Virus record (IMG/VR): IMGVR_UViG_3300009103_000003
Location: 64,001-128,000 of that record
Source of the DNA: a virus
Reading direction: 5' to 3' (one strand)
Length of the DNA stretch: 64,000 bases
The notes under the pieces were generated by a model. It had not been told where the DNA came from. It did no database searches and was given only the letters and a program-made list of their open reading frames with translations. Below are positions 9,893 through 18,459 of the stretch, piece by piece. The position numbers were made by a program, and so were the translations under genes. Position 1 is the stretch's first letter, and the number at the start of each line of letters is the position of its first letter.

Positions 9893-10107
9893 CTTACACT
9901 TACCAATACGGCAGATCGCTCATCACATCGGTCGCACCGCCCCTTTTGGAAAAACGAGGAGGTACTATCGTTGTGCTTGAGGCATTTGGAGCATACCCAA
10001 AGATTTGCGTTCTCCCAATCAAGGAAGTAATTGCACGTGCCACAGTTCCGTGGTTCCCGGCAGAACCCTTGCTTGAGAAAGCATTTTATGGGTCGCTTGA
10101 TTTTCAC
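9889..10107 (-). CDS. Small Cys-rich putative Zn-binding protein (72 aa)
   Basis: CFLKQGFC, CGTC, CSKC, CDRC; GTG start 4 nt after the upstream small ORF. Confidence 0.6.
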   Translation of the reverse strand: MKIKRPIKCFLKQGFCREPRNCGTCNYFLDWENANLWVCSKCLKHNDSTSSFFQKGRCDRCDERSAVLVSVS

Positions 10108-10110
10108 AAG

Positions 10111-10248
10111 CTAATCTTTACTACCGGAAAGAGCATCCTCAACCGCGTTAGCGAAGTCCTCACAGGAACTGGCGCTACATGTAGTAATCGGCTCAGGAGA
10201 TTTAATAGAAGAACTATGGTTATACAACGGCTTCCAGAATTGGTTCAT
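10111..10248 (-). CDS. Small protein (45 aa, MNQFWKPLY...SGSKD); not in ORF track
   Basis: Strong SD AAAGGAG before the ATG, TAG at 10111-10113, GGTATAAG motif upstream. Confidence 0.6.
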   Translation of the reverse strand: MNQFWKPLYNHSSSIKSPEPITTCSASSCEDFANAVEDALSGSKD

Positions 10249-10288
10249 AATGAACTCCTTTTGTTATGGGGCCCTATTGCCCAATGTT

Positions 10289-10296
10289 CTTATACC
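10289..10296 (-). promoter_or_regulatory. Putative promoter element GGTATAAG
   Basis: About 40 nt upstream of the 45-aa ORF. Confidence 0.5.
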
Positions 10297-10329
10297 TAAC
10301 TAATACACCGTGTTAGCACGGAGGGACTA

Positions 10330-13300
10330 ATGTCGAATGTTTTAGATCCCCAGAGGGTGATGAAGACCCTCGAAGACGGGACGATAAACGAAATCAAAAA
10401 GTTTTTTCCTTTGGTTGGGAAGAAACATACGCTGATCGCCAAGGATGTCTATATTGGCGACCCAGTAGACATTGATGACGTTTCTAGTCAGAAAAAAGCA
10501 AGGCTTCGTGGGAGAACCTGGGCGCAGGGTGTCTTCGCAGACTTTAGTTTAGTCAACAACGAAACCGGCAAAGTAATTAGCACTGCTAATAAGCTAAAGG
10601 TTCTTAACCTACCAAAAATAACGCGAAGGTACAGCTACATTGTAGATGGTACCGAATACCAAGCAGACAACCAGTGGCGACTCAAGTCGGGCGTATATGC
10701 TCGTCGCAAAGCCAATGGCGATCTAGAATCCCAATTCAACCTAGCCCAAGGGCGCGGATTTAGACTAGGATTTGACCCCAAAAAGCGGCGATTCCTTATG
10801 TCCTACGGGACCTCCAACATCCAGCTTCTTCCGGTATTGCAAGCGCTCGGCGTCAAAGACGAAGACATACAAGCTGCCTGGGGTAACGAGCTATATACCG
10901 CTTCACTGGCCTCAAAAAAGCGGGGAGAGCTTGTGAAGCTTTCCAAGGCATTGGATAAGAAAGCTGGAGCAACGAACGACTCAGAGGCTGTGCCGGTAAT
11001 ACAAGCAGCCCTTAAAGAAACAAAACTTCTACCAGAAACAACTGCGATAACTCTCGGAGCCCCCCATACAACAGTTTCTGGTGATGCTCTGTTGGCGTCC
11101 TCCACAAAACTCCTAAACATAAACAAGGGAACCGAACAAGTCGATAACCGAGACGCGCTCCAGTTTAAGGAGCTTTGGGCCATTAACGACCATATCCCGG
11201 AACGAATCGAGAACTCAAAGCGTCGCATCACTTACAAGATGATGAACAATCTCGACCGTAAGGATAATGTGAGGGGGATTGTTACTGGGGACATTTTCAA
11301 TGTACCTATCAAGGCATTTTTTACCTCCACTTCCCTGTCCCAGCAGTCCTCCCAGGTTAACCCTGTAGATATGGTTGGGGGCTTCCTGAGAACCACAATT
11401 ATGGGGACCGGAGGCATTCAAAGCGACTCTGCTATCTCTGAGGAAGCTAAGCTGATTGATTCCAGCTTTCTCGGGTTTATTGATCCGGTGCACACCCCAG
11501 AAGGAAAGCGCTCCGGGATTAGTGGCCATCTTTCGCTAGGCGTACGTAAAAAGGGTACCGTCCCGCTTATCAAGGTATTCGACGTAAAGGCCGGTAAGTA
11601 CGCAGATAAATCACCATCAGAACTAACTTTGGGTAACGTAGCTTTCCCGGACCAATACGAGTTTACCAAAGGTAAATCTCCGAGGCCTATTGGGGACACC
11701 GCCACCGTTATCCCTTCCGGGGGAGGGGACCCGAGCAGGGTTGCATCATCTGACGTGGACTACATTCTTCAGTCTCCGAAACAGATGTTTTCCATCACAG
11801 CTAACCTTGTTCCCTTCCTCCCTTCGGATCAGGCAAACCGGGCAGGTATGGCAACCCGCCATATCGAACAGGCAATCTCCCTAACCAAAGCCGAAGAACC
11901 GCTGGTACAGGTTATCTCAGGCAACCCCAGTGAAAGATATGCTACCTGGGAAAAGATTGTGGGTGAGTTCTTCTCCCACCCCGCACCAGTAAGTGGTTTT
12001 GTTGACTCTGTCTCCAGTTCAAAGATTGTCGTAAAAAACAAGGACGGCAAGAAGCACGAAGTGCAGCTATATGACAACTTCCCGCTAAACGACAAGAAGG
12101 CGTATATTAGCAGTAATGCCTTAGTTAAGAAGGGGGACAAGGTATCTGAGGGGCAGATCATTGCGGACACGAACTTCACCAAGGGCGGAACGCTATCCCT
12201 AGGAACCAACCTGCTTATTGGCTATCTGCCTTACAAGGGGCTGGTTTTTGAGGACGGTATCGTCATCAGTGAGTCTGCGTCAAAAAAACTAACAAGCTCC
12301 CACTTACATAAAGAACGTTCATATGTAGATAAGAATATGGTGGTTGGGCTCAAGAAGTTTAGGGCTAATTACCCAGGCTCCATCTCCGAAGAAAACGCCA
12401 GCAAGCTTGACGCAGATGGGGTTATCAAAAAGGGGCAGACAGTTGACCCTGGGGACACCATCACCACGGTCCTTCAAAAAACAGAACCCTCAAAAGAACA
12501 GCTTCTTCTGAAGGGAATCCATAAGTCCCTTGTTAGGCCGTATAAAAACAAGTCCCTTGTTTGGGACAAACCTTACAGGGGCGAAGTCACCGACGTGGTT
12601 CGCAACGGGCGTGAGATTGTGGTCTATGTCAAGACCGAGGAGCCCGCAGACATTGGGGATAAGCTATCCGGAAGGCACGGCAATAAAGGGGTTATTACCG
12701 CAGTAATACCGGACGAAGAAATGCCGAAAGACTCGGAGGGTAACGCTCTACAGATAATCGTGAACCCGTCAGGGGTTCCGGGAAGAATCAATCCGGGGCA
12801 GGTCCTTGAGACTGCTTTGGGGAATGTTGCCCATAAAAACGGCGAGCCCTACGCAGTGGAGAACTTCCAATCAGATGACCGTAAGAAGGTTGTTCGCGTA
12901 AAGGCTCACACACGGACTATCCAAACAAAGTCTGGGCCTAAGACCGTAGAGGTTAAGGAACATGAACGAGAACTTGGTTACCGGGATGTTGTTGACGCTG
13001 CCCTAAAAAGCGCGAAGGTATCTGAGACAAGAGAATTGTTCGACCCACAGACAGGGAAAAGCCTCGGCTCCGTGCTCGTGGGACATCAGTATGTCCTCAA
13101 GCTAATGCACCAAGTAGACAAAAAGCTGAGTGCTCGTTCCCACGGATATGGGCATGATTACGACGCCAACCTAGTCCCAAAAAGCGGGGGGAAGTCTGGC
13201 GGTGCCCAAAGATTCGGTGAGCTTGGGCTCTACGCAATGTTGGCACACGGAGCCACGGCAAACATCCGAGACGCGTTAACATATAAAGGGGATAAGCAGC

Positions 13301-16300
13301 AGGACGAGGTTTGGACAGCAGTCCAGACTGGGGCTATTTTACCAACCCCTAAACCATCCTTTGCGTACGAAAAGTTTCTCGCCTACATGAATGCGTTAGG
13401 GCTAAATGTTGAAAAAGACGGCAATGGCCTAATCGTCTCACCACTTACAGACAAACAGATCAAGAGTATGTCTAACGGTGAAATAAAAGACGGAAGCCGA
13501 GTCATTCGTGGGAAGGACCTCAAGCCTGAGAAAGGTGGCCTATTTGATGAAACGATCACGGGCGGTCCCGGAGGCAAGAACTGGGCACATATCGCTCTCG
13601 CAGAGTCGCTCCCAAACCCTGTTTTCGAGAAAGGAATCCGCTCAGTTTTAGGGATAACCGGTAAAGAATATGATGCTGTAATAGCAGGTAAGTCCGGGTT
13701 CAATGCTGAGGGAGAGTTGGTGCCAGCCGGGGACGGCGTACTTACTGGGCCCGCTGCAATGGCCGCTCGACTAAAAAGTATCGACGTAGAGAGCGAACTA
13801 GCCTCAGCAAAAGAGGCGATAAAGACAGTCAGGCGAAATGACCTGGATAAGGTCAACAAGAAGATCAAGTATTGCCTGATGCTTCAAAAGAACAAAATCA
13901 GCCCACAAGAGGCATACGTTATTGATAACGTCCCGCTTCTTCCTCCGCTATTTCGACCCATCACAGCTATGGAGGGGGGAGACCTAAATATTGATGGTGT
14001 GAATATGCTCTATAGAGACATCGCACTGCTCAATAAGAAGCTGAAGGAGGCCCAAGGAGTCTTGCCAGAAGAAGCAATAATGAAACTTCGGGAAGATCTA
14101 TACTCCGCAACAGAAGCACTGATGGGCGTTCAGACCATGACTCAGGGAGGGCTGACGACAGACGGTCAACCCAGACCTCCTGGGATTCTGCATATCCTAG
14201 CTGGTAGATCCTCACCTAAGCAGAGCTACTTTCTACAAAGACTGGTAGACCGGAGACAAGACATAAGTATGCGTTCGGTCATTGTCCCTGACATGAACCT
14301 GCACTTAGATGAACTGGGTCTGCCTAGAAAAGGGGCGATGAAGATCTTCCGACCATTTGTGGTTCGGGAACTTGTTAAGATGGGGTACACACCCCTAAAA
14401 GCCAGGACTGAAGTAGAGAAGAACACAAGCCTAGCAAACAAGGCGCTGGACATTGCGGTTGAGAAGCGGCCCGTTATGTTCAAGCGAGATCCCGTTCTGC
14501 ACAAGTTTGGGATTATGGCGTTCAAGGCACGCCTTCATGACGAGTCAGCAATCCATATTCACCCACTTGTTGTTGGTGGGTTCAATGCTGATTTTGATGG
14601 AGACACGATGGCAGTGTTTGTCCCTGTATCGCAAGAAGCAGTGGATGAGTCATATAAGATGATGCCATCAAAGAACCTGTTTAACCCGGCTACCGGGCAC
14701 GTGATGTACCAACCAACTCTTGAGGGACAGTTGGGACTTTACCTCCTCTCTCGATGGGGGAAGAAGTCATCTAAGGCATTCAAGAACTCGAAAGAGGCCA
14801 TTGCTGACGCCAAAGAAGGAAACATCAGCATGACTGATGTCATCCAGGTAGGTGACATTAAAACAACTGCGGGAAGATTATTATTCAATAATATGCTCCC
14901 AAAGAAAGTCCAATCCGATAAATTCCTCACAGACCCGAAAGCTATCGTTGATAAGAAAACCCTTCAGGGGGTTCTTAGGGATGTGGCCACCAAAACCCCG
15001 CAAGAATTCGCGCAAACAGCGGATAGGGTCAAAGACCTTGGTTTTGGCCACGCATACAACATCGGGTTCTCGTTCGCTCTTTCAGACTTCGCACCTTTGC
15101 GGGACATTCGCGAAAAGCACATGACCCTCGCAAAAAAGAAAGAGGCGGTTATTCGAAAGCAGTTATCGATGAAGATGTTGTCCAAAGAAGCTGCCAACGA
15201 TAAAATTGTAAAACTATATGAATCCGCAGATTCGGCCATGACCGCTGATGCTACTGCTTTACTAGATAAGGGCGGGAACAAGCTTAAGCTTATGGAGGCT
15301 GCGGGGGTTAAGCCCTCATGGTCACAGCTTAAACAAATGATCATGGCACCGATGCTAGTTGAAAACGCGCAGGGAAGGGTCATACCTGTTCCCGTGACTA
15401 GCTCCTATTCAGAGGGGCTGAAGTCCTCGGACTACTGGGTAACTACATCGGGCGCTCGTGCGGGCCTTATCAAAAAGGTCCAGTCCGTTCAGAAGCCTGG
15501 GGCGCTTAATAAGCAGATCGCTAATACAACAATATCATACGTAATAAACAATGATGACTGTGGGACTGGGAAGGGGATATCCTTACCGGTATTTGATTCA
15601 GATTTAGTTGACCGGTTTACCGCGAAATCGATTTCAACCGCAGGATTGAAGGTATCTTCCGGGACTCTTATCACCCCTAATCTTCTCTCTAAAATGAAGG
15701 CGTCCAAGGTGGACAGGGTGGTTGTCAGGTCCCCTCTTAAGTGTGAGCAGTCCAAGGGGCTGTGTTCCAAGTGTTACGGTATTACCGATAATGGGGCTCC
15801 CATAGCTAAGGGAACCAATATCGGATTAATTGCCGGGACGTCAATTGGTGAACGTGGGACACAACTTTCTATGAAGGCTTTCCATACTGGCGGTGTAGCT
15901 GGGGGAGGAAGCTCGGTTGTTGGTGGTATTGACCGGGTCTCACAATTGCTGAAGATGCCTGCACTATTGGCTGGCTCTGCGACACTGTCTCCGGTTTCTG
16001 GAGAGGTGACCTCCGTAACAAAGAGTGAGATTGGTGGCCACGATGTGGTTATCGGCAACCAAGAGGCGTACATCCCCGGCAATCTATCGGTTTCCGTAAA
16101 GAAGGGCGAGAAGGTACGCAGAGGTCAACAAATTTCTAGTGGGGTCATTAACCCGCACGATCTTCTTGAGAAGACAAACATTGAGACAGTTCAGCGGTAT
16201 CTTGCGGATGAGATTCACAAGGTCTACGCGAAAGAGGGCATCAAGAAGAGAAACGTTGAGGTGGTAACAAAGGCTTTAACGAATCTGGGCAGGGTAATGG

Positions 16301-16605
16301 ACCCCGGCGACTCCTCTAAGTTTATTCGGGGTGACTACATTTCGCTTTCTCATGCAAGCGCTGTGAACAAAACTTTGAAAAACCCCATAAAAACATTACC
16401 TGTACTGCGTGGTGTAGAGACCCTGCCGCTAGATCAGACCACAGACTGGTTGGCGAGACTACAATACAGAAAACTAAAAGAGACGTTTATTAGGGCCGCA
16501 AATGAGGGGTGGGAGAGTGATATTCACGGCCTCCACCCAGCGCCTGGACTAGCCTATTCTGCTGAGTTTGGTAGGAAGGGTAAAACTACAGGGGGGCCCT
16601 ACTAA
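10330..16605 (+). CDS. rpoBC: Single-chain fused beta-beta' (double-psi barrel) DNA-directed RNA polymerase
   Basis: Beta motifs HTPEGKRSG, PFLPSDQANRA, GLVFEDGIVISES, GDKLSGRHGNKG, GGAQRFGE. Beta' motifs KPEKGGLF, PLLPPLFRP, FNADFDGD, bridge helix SGARAGL, trigger loop GERGTQLSMKAFHTGG. Confidence 0.97.
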   Translation: MSNVLDPQRVMKTLEDGTINEIKKFFPLVGKKHTLIAKDVYIGDPVDIDDVSSQKKARLRGRTWAQGVFADFSLVNNETGKVISTANKLKVLNLPKITRRYSYIVDGTEYQADNQWRLKSGVYARRKANGDLESQFNLAQGRGFRLGFDPKKRRFLMSYGTSNIQLLPVLQALGVKDEDIQAAWGNELYTASLASKKRGELVKLSKALDKKAGATNDSEAVPVIQAALKETKLLPETTAITLGAPHTTVSGDALLASSTKLLNINKGTEQVDNRDALQFKELWAINDHIPERIENSKRRITYKMMNNLDRKDNVRGIVTGDIFNVPIKAFFTSTSLSQQSSQVNPVDMVGGFLRTTIMGTGGIQSDSAISEEAKLIDSSFLGFIDPVHTPEGKRSGISGHLSLGVRKKGTVPLIKVFDVKAGKYADKSPSELTLGNVAFPDQYEFTKGKSPRPIGDTATVIPSGGGDPSRVASSDVDYILQSPKQMFSITANLVPFLPSDQANRAGMATRHIEQAISLTKAEEPLVQVISGNPSERYATWEKIVGEFFSHPAPVSGFVDSVSSSKIVVKNKDGKKHEVQLYDNFPLNDKKAYISSNALVKKGDKVSEGQIIADTNFTKGGTLSLGTNLLIGYLPYKGLVFEDGIVISESASKKLTSSHLHKERSYVDKNMVVGLKKFRANYPGSISEENASKLDADGVIKKGQTVDPGDTITTVLQKTEPSKEQLLLKGIHKSLVRPYKNKSLVWDKPYRGEVTDVVRNGREIVVYVKTEEPADIGDKLSGRHGNKGVITAVIPDEEMPKDSEGNALQIIVNPSGVPGRINPGQVLETALGNVAHKNGEPYAVENFQSDDRKKVVRVKAHTRTIQTKSGPKTVEVKEHERELGYRDVVDAALKSAKVSETRELFDPQTGKSLGSVLVGHQYVLKLMHQVDKKLSARSHGYGHDYDANLVPKSGGKSGGAQRFGELGLYAMLAHGATANIRDALTYKGDKQQDEVWTAVQTGAILPTPKPSFAYEKFLAYMNALGLNVEKDGNGLIVSPLTDKQIKSMSNGEIKDGSRVIRGKDLKPEKGGLFDETITGGPGGKNWAHIALAESLPNPVFEKGIRSVLGITGKEYDAVIAGKSGFNAEGELVPAGDGVLTGPAAMAARLKSIDVESELASAKEAIKTVRRNDLDKVNKKIKYCLMLQKNKISPQEAYVIDNVPLLPPLFRPITAMEGGDLNIDGVNMLYRDIALLNKKLKEAQGVLPEEAIMKLREDLYSATEALMGVQTMTQGGLTTDGQPRPPGILHILAGRSSPKQSYFLQRLVDRRQDISMRSVIVPDMNLHLDELGLPRKGAMKIFRPFVVRELVKMGYTPLKARTEVEKNTSLANKALDIAVEKRPVMFKRDPVLHKFGIMAFKARLHDESAIHIHPLVVGGFNADFDGDTMAVFVPVSQEAVDESYKMMPSKNLFNPATGHVMYQPTLEGQLGLYLLSRWGKKSSKAFKNSKEAIADAKEGNISMTDVIQVGDIKTTAGRLLFNNMLPKKVQSDKFLTDPKAIVDKKTLQGVLRDVATKTPQEFAQTADRVKDLGFGHAYNIGFSFALSDFAPLRDIREKHMTLAKKKEAVIRKQLSMKMLSKEAANDKIVKLYESADSAMTADATALLDKGGNKLKLMEAAGVKPSWSQLKQMIMAPMLVENAQGRVIPVPVTSSYSEGLKSSDYWVTTSGARAGLIKKVQSVQKPGALNKQIANTTISYVINNDDCGTGKGISLPVFDSDLVDRFTAKSISTAGLKVSSGTLITPNLLSKMKASKVDRVVVRSPLKCEQSKGLCSKCYGITDNGAPIAKGTNIGLIAGTSIGERGTQLSMKAFHTGGVAGGGSSVVGGIDRVSQLLKMPALLAGSATLSPVSGEVTSVTKSEIGGHDVVIGNQEAYIPGNLSVSVKKGEKVRRGQQISSGVINPHDLLEKTNIETVQRYLADEIHKVYAKEGIKKRNVEVVTKALTNLGRVMDPGDSSKFIRGDYISLSHASAVNKTLKNPIKTLPVLRGVETLPLDQTTDWLARLQYRKLKETFIRAANEGWESDIHGLHPAPGLAYSAEFGRKGKTTGGPY

Positions 16606-17963
16606 TGCAGGACGCTTACGGTAAATCAGCAGAAGCCTCACTTGGCCCAGCTAACATATGGCTAGCCAAAGTAACTAATGTCAACATGCGGGAGTGGACC
16701 ATCGATGTGGAGGGGGTGTACACCCTCAAGCCCCTGCCAGGGGTTCCTTTTGCGTCCCCCTACTGTCATCGAGACCATGCCGGGGGTGTTAACTATATCC
16801 CCGAGGTCGATTCACTTTGTTATATAGCCGAGTGCATGGATGGGACCACCTTTGCCTTTGCCTTTGTTCTAAACTCAGTGACAACTGCACCTGCTGAGTT
16901 TGACGAGGAAGAGGAGAAGTATGACGAGACCTCTGCCACTGTAGACCCCAGCTTTCGCGGTAACCGGATGCCATTAGAGCCCGGTGATATTATGTTGGGC
17001 ACTGTAGACGAAAATCAGATCGTTGTTCGGAGAGGGGGCATGATCCAGATTGGATCAACCGGGCTAGCACAAAGACTCTATATCCCTGTAGAGAATACGA
17101 TTCGGGATTACTTTCAGCGCTACCAAGGCATTAGCCCTGTGGGGGAGATTGAGTGGGGACACGCTGTTCTAGTGAACGGGGAAGATCCATCAGGGGGAAC
17201 AGGGAGTATCCCCACATCTAATTATTTTTTAGATGATGGGCAGAAGAACGCCTTGAAGACAGCAGAAGAAACCCCTGTCCTTGTCCGCTATAACATTAAA
17301 GACCTTTGCCAAGAGGATGTCAGCAAAGGGAAGTACACCATTGAGTTGCGGGCAGGGCGACTAACCGACGAGACTTTAGATACCGAGGTGGACGCCGAGC
17401 ACATATTTGCCAACGCAGATCTCCACAAAACCAAAAAAATCTTAGGTACCGGTATCGCACCGGAAGATAAAGGTATTGTAAGTATTACTATTTATAGTCA
17501 CGATGATGGTGATAATAAAGATAAAGTTACTTACGCCTTCCAACTAAACAGAGATGGCGATAATTTTGTATTTACAAAGGGCAGCATTCATTACGAAGTA
17601 GAGAAAGATTTTAATGCTGTTATTCAAGGGGACACCCAGGTTTCTTGGGGTGAGGGCTCCGAAGAAGGCGAGGGAGACTCCTATTTACAGCTTTTGAATT
17701 CGAATGAATTTAAGATGGCCTGTAAGAAGGTTGTTATGGAAGTTGTGAATGGTGTGGAGTTCTCCTGCAAAGACATGAACATAAAAGCCAGTAATAATGT
17801 TGATATTGGGGACGGTGCCGATAATATGGTTTGTCGCACTGAGTCCCTTGAGACTTTTATGAAGTCTGCTTTCCAGTGTGTGACTGCCTGGGGACCTAGC
17901 GGCCCCATGATTCCGTCATTCACCCCGGATGTTGGCTCCAAGAAAGTAAAGGTGAAGCCATAA
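16605..17963 (+). CDS. Baseplate central spike/hub-like protein (gp5/Gp138-like)
   Basis: N-terminal OB-like AKVTNVNMREWTIDV...YIPEVDS; beta-rich C-terminus ending TAWGPSGP. Confidence 0.6.
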   Translation: MQDAYGKSAEASLGPANIWLAKVTNVNMREWTIDVEGVYTLKPLPGVPFASPYCHRDHAGGVNYIPEVDSLCYIAECMDGTTFAFAFVLNSVTTAPAEFDEEEEKYDETSATVDPSFRGNRMPLEPGDIMLGTVDENQIVVRRGGMIQIGSTGLAQRLYIPVENTIRDYFQRYQGISPVGEIEWGHAVLVNGEDPSGGTGSIPTSNYFLDDGQKNALKTAEETPVLVRYNIKDLCQEDVSKGKYTIELRAGRLTDETLDTEVDAEHIFANADLHKTKKILGTGIAPEDKGIVSITIYSHDDGDNKDKVTYAFQLNRDGDNFVFTKGSIHYEVEKDFNAVIQGDTQVSWGEGSEEGEGDSYLQLLNSNEFKMACKKVVMEVVNGVEFSCKDMNIKASNNVDIGDGADNMVCRTESLETFMKSAFQCVTAWGPSGPMIPSFTPDVGSKKVKVKP

Positions 17964-18448
17964 TGCCTTTAGCCACAACAGCCATAACAATGGACTCAAA
18001 GGTCCAAGACATAGTTAATGGGCTTCCCCAATCAGAAGAGGAACTCCAAAGCTGGAATGCCGCAGAGGAATGGGGCGAGGTAGCTGAGGCGTTTTTTGCT
18101 GGTGGGGTGTCCCCTGCGTGGACACCTGCGGGCCTTGCTCTAGGAAAGGCGGCTTGGATCGCCACCGCCTTAGGGGTTATGGCCTCCCCACAAGAAATGT
18201 CTGCGGCGGCGATGGAGGCCGCTTTTCCTGTGTTTGCGGCACTAGCTGCTGTTCCCGGTAATGTGCTTCCACCCATTCCCGCAATACAAGCGCCACCGGC
18301 AGCGCCACTGAGCTTGGCACCTTTGGCAGCATTACCACCATCAGAATCTACACTGCCTTCAACAACTGCTCTTCACGGTATATTATTAGCTTGGGCCATA
18401 ACTGGCACACAAACAATTCCACCGGCATCACCAGTGCCTTGGTCTTAA
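17963..18448 (+). CDS. Ala/Pro-rich hypothetical structural protein
   Basis: Coupled (TAATG) to the spike-like gene. Confidence 0.6.
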   Translation: MPLATTAITMDSKVQDIVNGLPQSEEELQSWNAAEEWGEVAEAFFAGGVSPAWTPAGLALGKAAWIATALGVMASPQEMSAAAMEAAFPVFAALAAVPGNVLPPIPAIQAPPAAPLSLAPLAALPPSESTLPSTTALHGILLAWAITGTQTIPPASPVPWS

Positions 18449-18459
18449 GGGGTAAAAAA

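Noticed and set aside
10330-16605. Cellular chromosome with a natural rpoBC fusion (Helicobacter/Wolbachia-like)
   Set aside because: Flanked by portal and baseplate genes, no ribosomal-protein operon, far shorter than cellular fusions, and lacks the beta' zinc finger.
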